Assembly (NCBI GenBank): GCA_012295275.1 | Contig: CM022665.1 | Location: 8,742,001-8,806,000 of the forward strand | Source: Chrysomallon squamiferum | Lineage: Eukaryota; Animalia; Mollusca | Direction: 5' to 3' | Length of the DNA: 64,000 nt | Part shown: positions 52,301 through 64,000 of the stretch, in pieces | Layout: every line of letters begins with the position of its first letter | Numbering within the stretch: the first letter of the stretch is position 1 | Notes under the pieces: generated by a model | Database searches by the model: none | Seen by the model: the letters and a program-made list of their open reading frames with translations, nothing else | What the model was told of the DNA's origin: nothing | Position numbers and translations under genes: made by a program

Positions 52301-53654
52301 CATACCAAGAGGGAAAAAAATGAAATTTAAATTGTTAACCTTTCTACACTCACAAACCTTCAAAATATATGTATAAGTATGACAACATGTTACATTTGGT
52401 ATAAACATACACCAACAGAAAAAGGAAAATAAAACATTGAAGTTTTGACCCATTTTGTTTTATACACTCATATTTTCATAGCACCAAGTTGTGCACATTA
52501 TATTAAAAAATTGTTTTGCACAATAGTTTTACACTCCCTGACTCTGAAATTTTGTAAGCACATGTTTTTTTTTATTGTAATTCAACAATGAATGGTTATT
52601 ATACAGTTTGTGCACTTGCCAACATTCAAATACATTTTACTTTATTAAATATGTATATACTGTACACCATAAAGACAATAAATGGTGAAATGTCATAATC
52701 TTTCTAATATTTTCATGAGTTAATTTCTCAACTCATGTTCAACACAAACACACATATGCACACATACAAAACACACACACACACACACACATACACACAC
52801 ACACACACACACACAGACACACATGCCAGATGATTATAGAATATAAATATTAAAAGATTATATTTAATTATTATTTTTTTAAGATCAAGTGTTATAGATA
52901 TTTATTAACAAAGATTTCAAAATATATATTTAAAATGTTTCAGTCATTAAAATGGTAACTACTTAGTCATTAATATGGCATGCAGCTGATGTTATAGTTA
53001 ATTACTTTTTAAATTTGTTTTATGATATGGAATTTTCTCTCCCAAACTGTTACATATAAATGTCTATTACAGATATATTTAAAATGAAACTGAAAACATT
53101 TTATCAGCCAATTATAAAATAAATAAAAAATAAACCATAGACCCCTTTTTCATCTTTAAATGAGGAGAGTACTGAAAATGAGGCTTGAAACATGTTTTCT
53201 TTATAAAATGAGAAATTGTTTTTAAAAATGAAGCCAAAGACATTTTTTATCATTAAATTCCAAAATAAAATGAAATTAGATATTTTTCTTCTTTAAGAGA
53301 CAGTAATGAAAATGAAGCTAATGATACAGGTTAAACATTAGAATTGAAAATGAAGCTATATTTAATTTGTCATTTAATGATAATATTGAAAATAAAGATG
53401 ATTTTTATTTTATTTTATTCTTTACATGACAATACAGGCAAAAAATGAAGCAAAGACATTTTTTATCCTTCTTCTCTAAAACACATACAACTGCTGCGTA
53501 AAGGTTTAGTGACCGGATCTCTGATTGCTTCAGTAAATGGCTGGAGAATTGATCTTTCATCTGCAGCAAACCACCATGCACTCTATATGCAGCTGCCATG
53601 TCGGTTTCTGGCTTCTCTCCAGCACAAATTGAACCATTGTCACAACCTAGGGTA

Positions 53655-53915
53655 TATCTGAGGTCAGCTTGCAGGGTCACTTCTCAGGACCAATGGCTAG
53701 AGGGCATGGGGGGTGAGAGTTCAGTTAAGGATAAGTCTAGAGGTCATCCCAGGTGAGGTGGGTTCAGACACAGGACACACTACTATTAATAGCCAAGTGA
53801 CCATCAGTTTAGCCTGCCCCATTCTCTCAGTGGTTCCCTGGGAACAGTGACCACTCAGTGACCTCTCATAGTCCACAGTTAACATGACCAACCGCCAATA
53901 ATACAATATTTAAAA
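53655..53915 (+). promoter_or_regulatory. Proximal (alternative) promoter of the plus-strand gene with tandem DR4s, DR5, CCAAT and TATA-like box
   Basis: AGGTCA-tccc-AGGTGA-ggtg-GGTTCA 53741-53766; GGGTGA-g-AGTTCA 53711-53723; TGACCA-ctcag-TGACCT 53848-53864; CCAAT at 53690 and 53895; TATTTAAA 53907-53914; GC-rich island. Confidence 0.6.
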
Positions 53916-53934
53916 AAACATGATATATTCCTCA

Positions 53935-54361
53935 CTGCTAGCTCTGAATGTTGTGGATGGTGGTGTGGGATCTTCATGCTGGCTGATTTTTTTGTATTGA
54001 TTTCTGTTTGGATTTAAGAGATGTTTGTGTCTCGCGTATATTTGTGCCCTGGTCAGCGTAACCTGCCCTTGTTTTATTGAGCGTACTCTAGTTTTTATCA
54101 TTGAAGTTTCTTACACGCTGGATATGTAGTCGAGTATATATATTTATATATATGTATGTATGTATATGTATATATATAATATATATAGAAATATATATTA
54201 CACATGTGTGTTTGTGACTAGTTTCTATAGGATATATTGTAGGTAGGTATAAGAGAAAGAAATTTATTATCTTAATATACTTGTATTAGTGATGTTCTAG
54301 ATACTGATGTATCTGTCAGCTTCTGTGCGCTGAGCTTAACGAGTTCTTCACAACCTGGAAG
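53935..54361 (+). other. Putative alternative non-coding first exon (start approximate)
   Basis: Follows the TATA-like box, contains CpGs, and ends in tandem donors AAG|GTAAAA (54361) and AAA|GTAAGT (54367). Confidence 0.4.
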
Positions 54362-54947
54362 GTAAAAGTAAGTGTAAACATCTGTGTGTGTTCTGGGAAT
54401 TTTTAAATTCTCTTTCTCTCCTTCTTTATTTCTATCCATCTACCTATCTGTCTATCTGTCTGTCTTTTTCTGTACCACTGTTTCTTTCTATTTCTTTTCT
54501 GTTTATCTTTTTTCCTAATTCTGTCATTCATATATGCAGAAACATCTAATAAATATAACACTTTAAGCATTATTAATAACGTAATAAAGAAAATGTGTTT
54601 TATTACATTTCCTTGGAAATGTGTCGTTTAGAACTCAAATATTGTTTTAGTGTTTCAGATTTATATAAATGTTCTTTGCTTGTAAAGTTGATTAGATGTA
54701 GGTAAAACCAGTAATGTTTAAATTATCCAGAAACATCTTTAAAATAACATTAAAAAGAGTTTATTTGTATATAAAATTTCCTGGTTTGGTTTTTCTTTTT
54801 TGAGTTACATGGTTTTGTGTGTAAGTCTATGTATTTATATGTATGCATGTATTAGTATCTAGTAGTAACACACACACACACACACACACAACAGGTACAC
54901 ATATAAATATAGCCACAGAACTTATGGAGGTCACAGAAAATCCACAG

Positions 54948-54978
<31 letters not shown>

Positions 54979-56414
54979 AGTATTGATTTTCTTGTTACCT
55001 GTTTTTATATTCATGTTATTCATGAAATATTTTTTTTAATATAAAACAAAACACAGTCATCTCTTCATCATTTTATAACTTGATCAAAAAATAACAATTT
55101 ATCTGTGCATTTCATCTTTTGACTATGAATATGATATTTTGAGAAGTTAATATTTGTTTGTTTTTTTTGACAAAAAACATTCAGTCTGTAGAGCATAAAG
55201 ATGATATAATTACTGAATTAGTGAACAAAATATATAACAATTTGTGGGTGTGTAAGTAAAGTTTATAAATTTATCATATTATGTATGTACTGCATGAGTA
55301 ATTCTTATAAATTTATGGTTTTAAAATGTTTAATAAACTTGTTTACATACTTTATACATAAACAACATCTTCATTTTTCTCAGTTTCATACTTAAACTCT
55401 TCCAATCACATAATAGTGTCAATAATTTATCAAAAGAAATATTTTATTAGTTTTTGAAAAAGTCTAAATATGTTAACTGAAATAACATAATATTGTAAAC
55501 ATTTATATTATTAGTTTAGGAAAAATATCTAAATCTCTTAACTTAAAATAACATAACACTATAAACATTTATAGTTAGTTTTATTTACAAAATAGTCTGA
55601 ATATCTGTTAATTAAAATACCACACTATTTTAAATATTTATATTAGTTTTTAAAAATGTTTAGACATTATCTATATAAGCTTGCTAATTAAAATTACCTA
55701 TTATTTCATGAATGTTTAGATTTGATTCATAAAAACGTTCACAAAATGGCAGTCTTTATCAAAATAAATAGGACAGATTTTAGAAGAAAAAACCAGCATA
55801 TCTGCAAAACTTGTGTTTAGTATGAACATTAATTATTAAAATAAGATTTCTAACAGTATTATAAAATATCAGAGTTAATGATATTAGTAGCATATTTCTT
55901 TATATAATTAGTTATACAAAAATAAGCAAAAGACCTACAAAATGATAATATTAAAATTTGTAACACTAAATATGCAGCAGTAAATTGATTCTTTAAAACA
56001 AATATTAATTAAAGAGATCCTGTAAACAAGACAGTTAATGCTATGCATAGTAAAATACCTGATGATAAATATATTAAAACAAGATAATTAATGTTAAACA
56101 TGCTAAAAGATTAAAACAAGACATCTAATGATCTTTTAACCCTGTTTGACATTCTCATCATATTATATATCCTGTGTTGATCTGTATAGACTGACTTGCA
56201 CTCAGACACATAATTCTAGGCAAAGTCTTCAAGTTTACCCTCTGATCCATGCAAAATAAATATAATGATAATCCTCCTTGACATTATAACATGATTATTC
56301 GTGCCTGCAGAGATATCTATGTCCAATAAAATAAATAAAAAATAAGAAATTGTATAGCCAGTTTTGGAAGTGGGTAGTTGAGAAATAAAATTTTTGGCAA
56401 AAATCTATTCTATT

Positions 56415-56509
<95 letters not shown>

Positions 56510-58733
56510 TGTTTAACTAAGAGTTATATATGGTAGCAGTATAAAAATGTATTATATTTTTAAAAAAGAAATTTGTAATTATTGCTTATGGTAAGATATT
56601 TCTATAAAACCAATAATCACACTGTATGTTTTCACACTGATGAAAAGTGTGTAGGGATAGATAATTAAATATCACACAAAACAGAAAAACACCCACACAT
56701 TACTAGTTACTGCTGTGTCCTAACAGAACTCTCTGTCAAGGTCAGATGAAAGCATGCCAGAAATTATCCACCCTAAGTCCTATACTGGTCACTAGAAAAA
56801 AAAAAAAAAAAAAAAAAAGGACAATTAAATCTAATTTGATTACATTCATTTCTGATGCTGTTTTGGGTGTTACAAATAAGAACATTCTAATGTGTTTTTT
56901 TTGTTTTTTTAAAAATAGGTAATGAGTATCAAACTACATTCAGAATTTTTTTAAATATGATTTTGTAAAATGTGAGTAAGATTATATGTTAGATTGCATA
57001 TATTTTGTACCTACAGCTATCTTTCTGTCTCTCTGGTTATCAAGCTACATTCAGAGTTCATTTAAATGTGAGTAAAAATATGTATTAGATTGCATGCATT
57101 TTTTGGTATGTACAGCTGATATATTTGTTTGGCATTTGCTATTGTGTTAATAAAATTTTGTCATTTGTTGAAATTTACCTTTGGGAACAAGTTATAAACC
57201 AATATGGTCGTTATAATTTGTTATTTCAGATTGGTCTTATATACTGTATGCCACTGTTCAAATGGGTTTTTAAGTAAATAATTTTGAATAAATTTATTTA
57301 TTGAAGATAAAATAAAATGAAAATGTTAAAATATTTCTTTATATGTAAATTATATATCAATATTTGATTTTAAAAATTGTATTCCAAAAAGAAAAATTTA
57401 TTAAAAAAAAAAATAATAATATAAAATAAAATATTTTAAAAATGAACACATTATAACAATTATTTTGTCAGTGAGGCTAAATTTATTGAAAGATAAATCA
57501 ACAAGTGGAAATATTAATGAAATGCTTAAACAGTTTTAAAATTAACATTTCAGCCATCAAAAATAATATGATTAATTATTCATATGTGTTTTCATTAAGT
57601 TAAATCATCTTTTAGTTATCTTCTGGAATCTGGAATTATGAAAATAAAATTATGTAATGAATTATCAAGGCTGGGTGTTGTAAGAGCTGTACATTTTAAT
57701 TCTACATTCATTTAATGTTTGTACACACACACACAATTTTTAATATAAAATTATAATGGATAGAGCTTACACACAGTTTATAATCAATGAATGTTAAAGA
57801 TGTTTGTTGGTACACTAAGGTTAAAATGACTGCATGATTTAAACTTGCTCTAAACCAACTTCACTGTTTCAGGTTGTTTTGTTAATACATATGGGTTAAT
57901 ATGACACTTGTTAAAAGCCATTCACATCAGTTTTAATATGCTGGTTATAGATATTGCATATGAAATGTAATATAATGTGACATAAAAGTACTGCTTTCAG
58001 TTTAAATGTTGAAGACAATTAAAATATGTGTATCAGTGGGGATAATATTGCATATGGAGATACATAACAGTGTTTCACTTACATTAGTCACTGTCATTTT
58101 CATTAGTATATGATATTGTCAGATAAGTGAATGGAAATTTTATTATTTTCTTTTGTGTGGTATTTTCCATTAGACCATAGTACTGATATTTTTTTTAGAA
58201 CAGTTTTTACTTCAGTATATGAAGTAAATATAAACAGATTTTAAATGCATGTCCATCCATTGATCAACTCATTTTTCTCTGTTGTCTTTTAAAGTAAGAA
58301 TACTCATTCAATGCAAACATACACCTTTTCTACAATCAGTTGACTGTTATCAGTTGTGGCTGTTAAATTATTGAGAAATTCAAGATATTAACCTATTTAA
58401 GAGCAGTGTTACAGCATAACTGGTCACCTCATGTCCAGTTTGTCCTGAGAAATTGACCTCAGGCTCTCTTTCAAGCTGACCTGCCCCACTTTAGTCATGT
58501 GAGTTTGTTTGATAAAGGCCGCTGACCTCTTTAACTGCACACAACCTCTGAAACATGGAAAAGCAAACACAGATGGAATTCTGAGAACAAAGTGAACCCA
58601 GAATATGAAGAGGCTTTGTACCATATGTGGGGGCGTGTTATCTAGGTGAGGACAAACATATGAGTACTTGTCTGGACTAGCCTTGTTTAGTTCTTCTAAT
58701 TACTGCAAACACAGGTGGTAAGGAATAAAGTCA

Positions 58734-59147
58734 CTGGTTAACCTAGTCCATGGTTTCAGCTGGTTAACCCAGTTCATGGTTTCAGCTACTTAACCCAATG
58801 ATGGTTTCCACTTGTTAAAACCAGTCCATGATTTTAACAAATTAACCCAGTCCATAGCTCCAGCTAGTTAATTCAGTTATATATATATATATATATATAT
58901 ATATAGATATACAGTATATAATTTATGTTTCAGCTAATTAATTCACCAATGGTTCCCAATAGCTGAACATTAAACCAGGTCACAGTTTCTGCTAATATGA
59001 CCAACCTTTGATTTCTGCAATTTAACCCAACCTATGATTTCAAGCTAACTACCCCAGTTCATCATTTCTGCAGTTTAACCCAGTCCATGGTATCAGATAA
59101 TTAACCCAGTCCATGATTTCTGCAGTTTATCCCAATCCATGGTTTCA
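58734..59147 (+). repeat. Degenerate ~26-bp minisatellite (consensus ~CTGGTTAACCCAGTCCATGGTTTCAG), interrupted by (TA)n
   Basis: More than 10 head-to-tail diverged units with no unique spacers. Confidence 0.85.
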
Positions 59148-61441
59148 GGAGCATACTTAGTAATAAAACTAATACATTCATCTTTATACAAACTAAATTC
59201 TCTTCAAATCCAGAAACATTTATTGTACTGTAACCTAGATCATTTTCACTTTACTTCTATTTTTTAGGTATGTAGTCAATAATTCTGTAATGATTTCATT
59301 GTTTTCTTCTGTACTTTCATAATAATTTTCATACAGCTAAAACATATATCAATTTCACCTTAGTTTTATTATTTAGTTGTATAAGAAACGGACTGTAGAT
59401 ATAATTTTGTTACATTAATTTTCCAGTAGCTGTTGAAATAATCCTGTCTGGTTATAATTGTTTCCACTTGTACTTTCATAATAGGTTTCCATATTTTTAT
59501 CAAATTATGTTTCAGGCAGGTTGTCCTAGATAATACTTTATTAGATTAGTCAGAGAGTGCACATGGCCTTATATTTCTGTGCTATACCACTACAGCCTGT
59601 ACTCAGAGAGCGAGCCAATGTCATAAATTATTGGTTCATTGCCTACAGTTTGCAAGCACTAATGTTACAGATACATTTTAATGTTAGAAATTCTTTCCAG
59701 AACAATCCTAAACTTACCATACACATAAGCAACCAGATAATGATTTTTCTTTTATGAAAAAGCAATTCTTCATATAATTTTATTGGTCTATTTAAATATG
59801 CCATTGTTAGATAGAATGACATAACCTTTATTTCAACCTTAAACTTTATCTTGAAATTGTTTGGAATTATTTTTTTTAATGTGAAAAATACTACTCACCT
59901 TTTTTAATTTTAAAATGATATAAATTTCACCTGCATTTACAGCATAGCTTACATTATGGAGTGTCCTAAAAAAAAGCTGATTTTATAAAATTATATTTTT
60001 TTATTTGTTTGTGAAGTATTATCAAATATGTGTTTAACATTATCTGACTAAAGATGTTTGAGTTTTATGAAGAACAAAATTTATCATAATTTATTTATGG
60101 AAGTAATTGTATCATTTAATAATAAAAATATTATTAGTGAATAGTTTTTTTTAATTATTTGGGGTTTTTATTTATAATAATAATATATACTTAATATTAT
60201 TGAATTTGTTTTATATTTTAAAATTTATTATTTATTTTTTGAACATTTTATTTATATATATTATTTTTAATTATTTACAATATATTTATATATTTTTTTT
60301 ATATGTATTTTTAAAATTATGCAGGTTATTTATTTTTTAATATTTTTGTTTCATTATTTTTTATTACTATATAGTTATTATATTCTAATATATGGTAAAT
60401 GAGACTAAAACAGCTGTTCATAACATACAGTTTGTAAATTTTATTAAATATGTTTTGTAATATAATGCCTATTTTTATTTTAAAAATACCTCCAGTTCAA
60501 GCCTTCTAAATCTTTATTATCATGAACTATCAAATCAGGATTTCATTTTCTCAGTGTTACTAATTTGAAAGAAAAGTTTTAAATTCTTTTAGAAAAATAA
60601 ATTCTTTTAGAAATATTAAATGTCATTGATTTTAAAAATACTGTTGTTTACATGCTCCAGACATTTTGTCTTGAACTGAATTTTATAGACAGTTTATTAA
60701 TAATTTATAATGGTTTTATTGTTCATAAATATAAACATCTTTAATATTTGTTTGCCTTGTGTTGCATATAAATATAATGATAAGATGAAATTATTTGATG
60801 TGTGCAAGTTAGCTATCCTCTTTTCAGATATCCCTAGGGATACAAATAGTGTAATTGGTTTATTTGTAAGGAAATTATAAATTAAGTAAATATATGTGTG
60901 TGTGTGTGTGTACTTCACATATACATACATGCATATACAAAAAATTGTTTTTAAAGATTTTTTGTTAATGACTTTTTTTTAAAGATAATTTAACTTTGGT
61001 GATTGTTTAATTTATAATAAAAATTAATATAGTTTAATTAAAATGTATTTAAAAGGTTTATACTTTTAATTTCAACTCACAAAATCCATGTTAGGAATTT
61101 TTTTCCACAAAGTTTTCATCACATTAAAATCTGGGCAAAATATTCCATTTCAGTTGGTTATAAGTGAATGTAAGGCTTTATACTCACATATCCTTTTTAA
61201 AGTGATTTTGCATCATGAATGGTTCTTATAATCATCCCTGAATGTATCACCCATTATAGTTTAGCAACTTTGTCTGAAAAAAAAGTGTGGTGTGTGTGTT
61301 TAAGCTGGTATGTATATATTGCAGAATTAATCATATCTTTTTCTACTATTTCAGAATAAATGTCCTAAACCTACCAGTCTGTAATCATGAACTGGAGAAA
61401 ATCCCGAATACGCAGAGCTGTCACATGATCAATTGTAAGAA

Positions 61442-62649
61442 ATGCCTCCTCCAAAGAAACCAAAATCAGGTCCAACTACCGTAGAGCAGTTTCTCTCAGA
61501 AGAGGAACTGACCTCACTTCAGAAATGTGACCAACAACAAGGTAACAAATCTAAGGCAACTGAGGGCAGTGTGGAAAATAAGACATCTCACACTGACAGT
61601 AATTTCAACCAGAAGGAAGAGAATGGCAAGACACCCAGCAACAGCAACAACAACAACAGCAGCAGCAGCACCAGCAGCAGCAGCAGCAACAAAACCTCTT
61701 CCAAAGGACATTTTCATATCTTGCGAGAGCTTTTTTCTCAGGGAGACAGTGAAGATAGTGAAAACAATGCAAGAAAAAATGAAACTGCAAATGACTCAGG
61801 GCCAGAAGAAAAGATGTACTCAGCAGCAGAGACTAAAGATTTGGCAGCTAGTCACTTCTCATATGCAAATGCTGTAACTACAACAGACGTGAAACTCAGC
61901 CAAACACCCTCAGAAGACGCAGAAAGACGACGTACTCACATCTGGCAAGATCCGCACAGAGAGGAAAAATCATATATTTGGAATCCTCCACATCATGAAA
62001 AGGAATCTCTTGCATCATATGATCAAACTTTCAGTTACCTACCTCTGAAATGTACCTCGACCTTGACCTCAACCTCACGAAAAAATACCTCAAATGAAAA
62101 CTCATTTCCTGCACCTGAAGTATCAGGTGCTCTGCAGCTACCTCCGTATTTACAAGACAGCTTATTCTTACCTAATGCAAGATACGCACTCAGGAATTCA
62201 AACACTGAACCATATGACCTCTCAGTTAAGGGAAGCAACCTGACAGACAAGGGCAGCAGTTCGGACTACAGTTCTGACAAGCTGAACCTTAGTGTGGCCA
62301 TGATGGTGGCCATGACCTCAATACAGCATACCTCAACGTCTGAAAACCATGACAAACCTCACACCATGGGCAGCGGCATGTACCTCAGTGAAATGCATGT
62401 ATCGCCTTCAACATCCGTCTCTCAGGCAGGGTTTATTGGTGACAGAGGAAAGCAGCAACAACTTCAACAGCAGGGACCATCTGCCATAACTCAGGCCTCC
62501 TCCAGTCCACACATCATGAGCATCCTAACAAGCAAGCAGACAGTGCCAGCAGGTGAACATCATGCTCATCCAGTGACTCTAGCACGATCCTCAGTGTCCA
62601 CAGACAGTGGCATTTCGGTGAAGGAGAGTCTCCCAGACAGTCCCACTGG
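61442..62649 (+). CDS. First coding exon (402 aa + 2 nt) of a probable nuclear transcription regulator; intrinsically disordered N-terminus, gene continues beyond the window
   Basis: Acceptor TTTCAG| at 61354; in-frame TAA (61436) just before ATG 61442; 1.2-kb open frame with elevated GC; donor GG|GTAAGT at 62649/62650 (phase 2). Ser/Thr/Gln/Asn-rich with PPPKKPK, PYDLSVK, HILRELF and DSGIS motifs. No folded domain is visible, so the family is not assigned. Confidence 0.85.
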
Positions 62650-63588
62650 GTAAGTACTGATGCACATACACACATACTACTTTTTTTTTCACATCTTATT
62701 TGACAGACATCATTGATGTTTATACTTTACTAATAATTCTTAACATACTCTTTCTTTTCACATGCTATCTGAATAAAAATGCAATTTCACAAAGACTTCA
62801 TTGACACTTACATACCTTTATTAATATTTCATAGAGGATAAAGGTATATAAACATTTCATTTTCAATGATAAATGTACATGATTTTCTTTTCATATTGTA
62901 TCCAAATAAAGATAAATTTCACAAAGACCTCATAGACACTTATATACAACATGCACATTATTCATTTTCATTTTTATTTTAGAAGATTTTGGTGCACTAA
63001 AAACTAGAAACCATTGCTGTAATAAAAAAAGGACAAACATAAATAATTACGTAGAGTTAAATATGTTTCAAAAATGATATCTTTGGAATTGGTTATTGAA
63101 TTCAATATGAATAACACAAAATGTTTCTGATTGAAATTTTAAAATTATTTAAGCATTAAAATACTATTATTGTTGTCACAAGATATTCATTTCTGTTTAA
63201 TGGTCATTATAATATGGCTAGCATGATAAACCTTACCTCTGCTAGAAAACCACACAAATATCCCAAGGAGAGTCTTTCATACTGCATGCAGAGGTTTAGA
63301 AATCTTCAGTTCCAGTGAATTTAATTTTTCTTTTTTAAATAGTAAAGAGTTAAAGCATGCATTATAATAATCTTCATTCATACTTCTATGTTTTGTCATT
63401 CATCCAAAATGACCTTTCTTTTTTTTTTTTTAATTACTGAAGAGAATTGTCAACAATAATTTTTTATTTTCTTTCACAACAACATAAAATTTATTTTTGT
63501 ATCTTTTATGTTATACTCAAAATTATATTGTATTTCTACCAAAATAATTGTATTTCATAAAAAAAAAATACACAAGATTTTTTACTTA

Positions 63589-63632
<44 letters not shown>

Positions 63633-64000
63633 AGAAATAAAAAGATGTAGACAAGATGAATTGAAGCAAAAACAGAACAGGAATTTTGTTATGAATTCAT
63701 ATTTGCATTATGCATATAATGTAAATGATACATTGGATGTCATATCATATTAAACTTGTTTATTTCACTCTTGCTTACATATAATGTTTTACAACACATT
63801 TCATATGTAAAGTTATTTTTCCTGTGAAAACATTCAACAAAATAGTCTGTTCTTCACATGTTTAGTTACAATATTTTTGCTTTCAGAAATATTTATTTTT
63901 TTAAATTTATCTTGAAGTAATAAAATGTTAATATGAAAAATATATCTGATAAAAAATCTACAACAGAAAAAGAAGGTGACTTCAAAACATCTGTTATAGT

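Noticed and set aside
58734-59147. Regular ~26-bp repeats resembling a CRISPR array
   Set aside because: Units are contiguous and degenerate with no unique spacers and no cas genes, in a eukaryotic intron; it is a minisatellite.
61514-62250. Poly-Cys/poly-Ala and other overlapping ORFs (61514-61717, 61527-61877, 61605-61790, 62035-62250)
   Set aside because: Alternative-frame or antisense shadows of the CAG/CAA-rich coding exon.
61442-62653. Treating the 403-aa ORF as a complete single-exon gene, or naming it E75/HR3/NRF2
   Set aside because: The apparent stop lies within a GTAAGT donor, and no DNA-binding domain is in the window, so no gene symbol is justified.

Overview
AT-rich, microsatellite-rich animal genomic DNA, probably a gastropod mollusc (inferred from SINE-like fragments recalled from memory). 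It holds two divergently transcribed spliced genes. (1) Minus strand, 24481 to the left edge: 37 GT-AG exons, reconstructed by hand in consistent phase (~1217 aa, 3' end outside the window). They encode an N-terminal hydrophobic anchor, an AttH/CrtC-like beta-barrel region, a PEP-synthase (PPDK_N) ATP-grasp domain and a rifampicin-phosphotransferase/PigC/YvkC-type middle region. (2) Plus strand: a probable transcription regulator with non-coding first exons at ~34.1 kb and ~54 kb and one large coding exon (61355-62649) carrying NLS-, PxDLS-, NR-box-like and DSGIS degron motifs plus an ATF4-like uORF layout; any DNA-binding domain would lie outside the window. Both promoters and the long intron carry clusters of nuclear-receptor response elements (RORE, RevDR2, DR1/2/4/5, FTZ-F1/ERR), suggesting a divergent regulator plus small-molecule-phosphorylating enzyme unit (inference). 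Also present: an inverted pair of 793-bp Tc2/pogo-type MITEs bracketing exons 6-15, a nested inverted-repeat/palindrome region (26.9-31.3 kb), a mariner MITE, SINE remnants and minisatellites. No tRNA, rRNA or CRISPR array was found.
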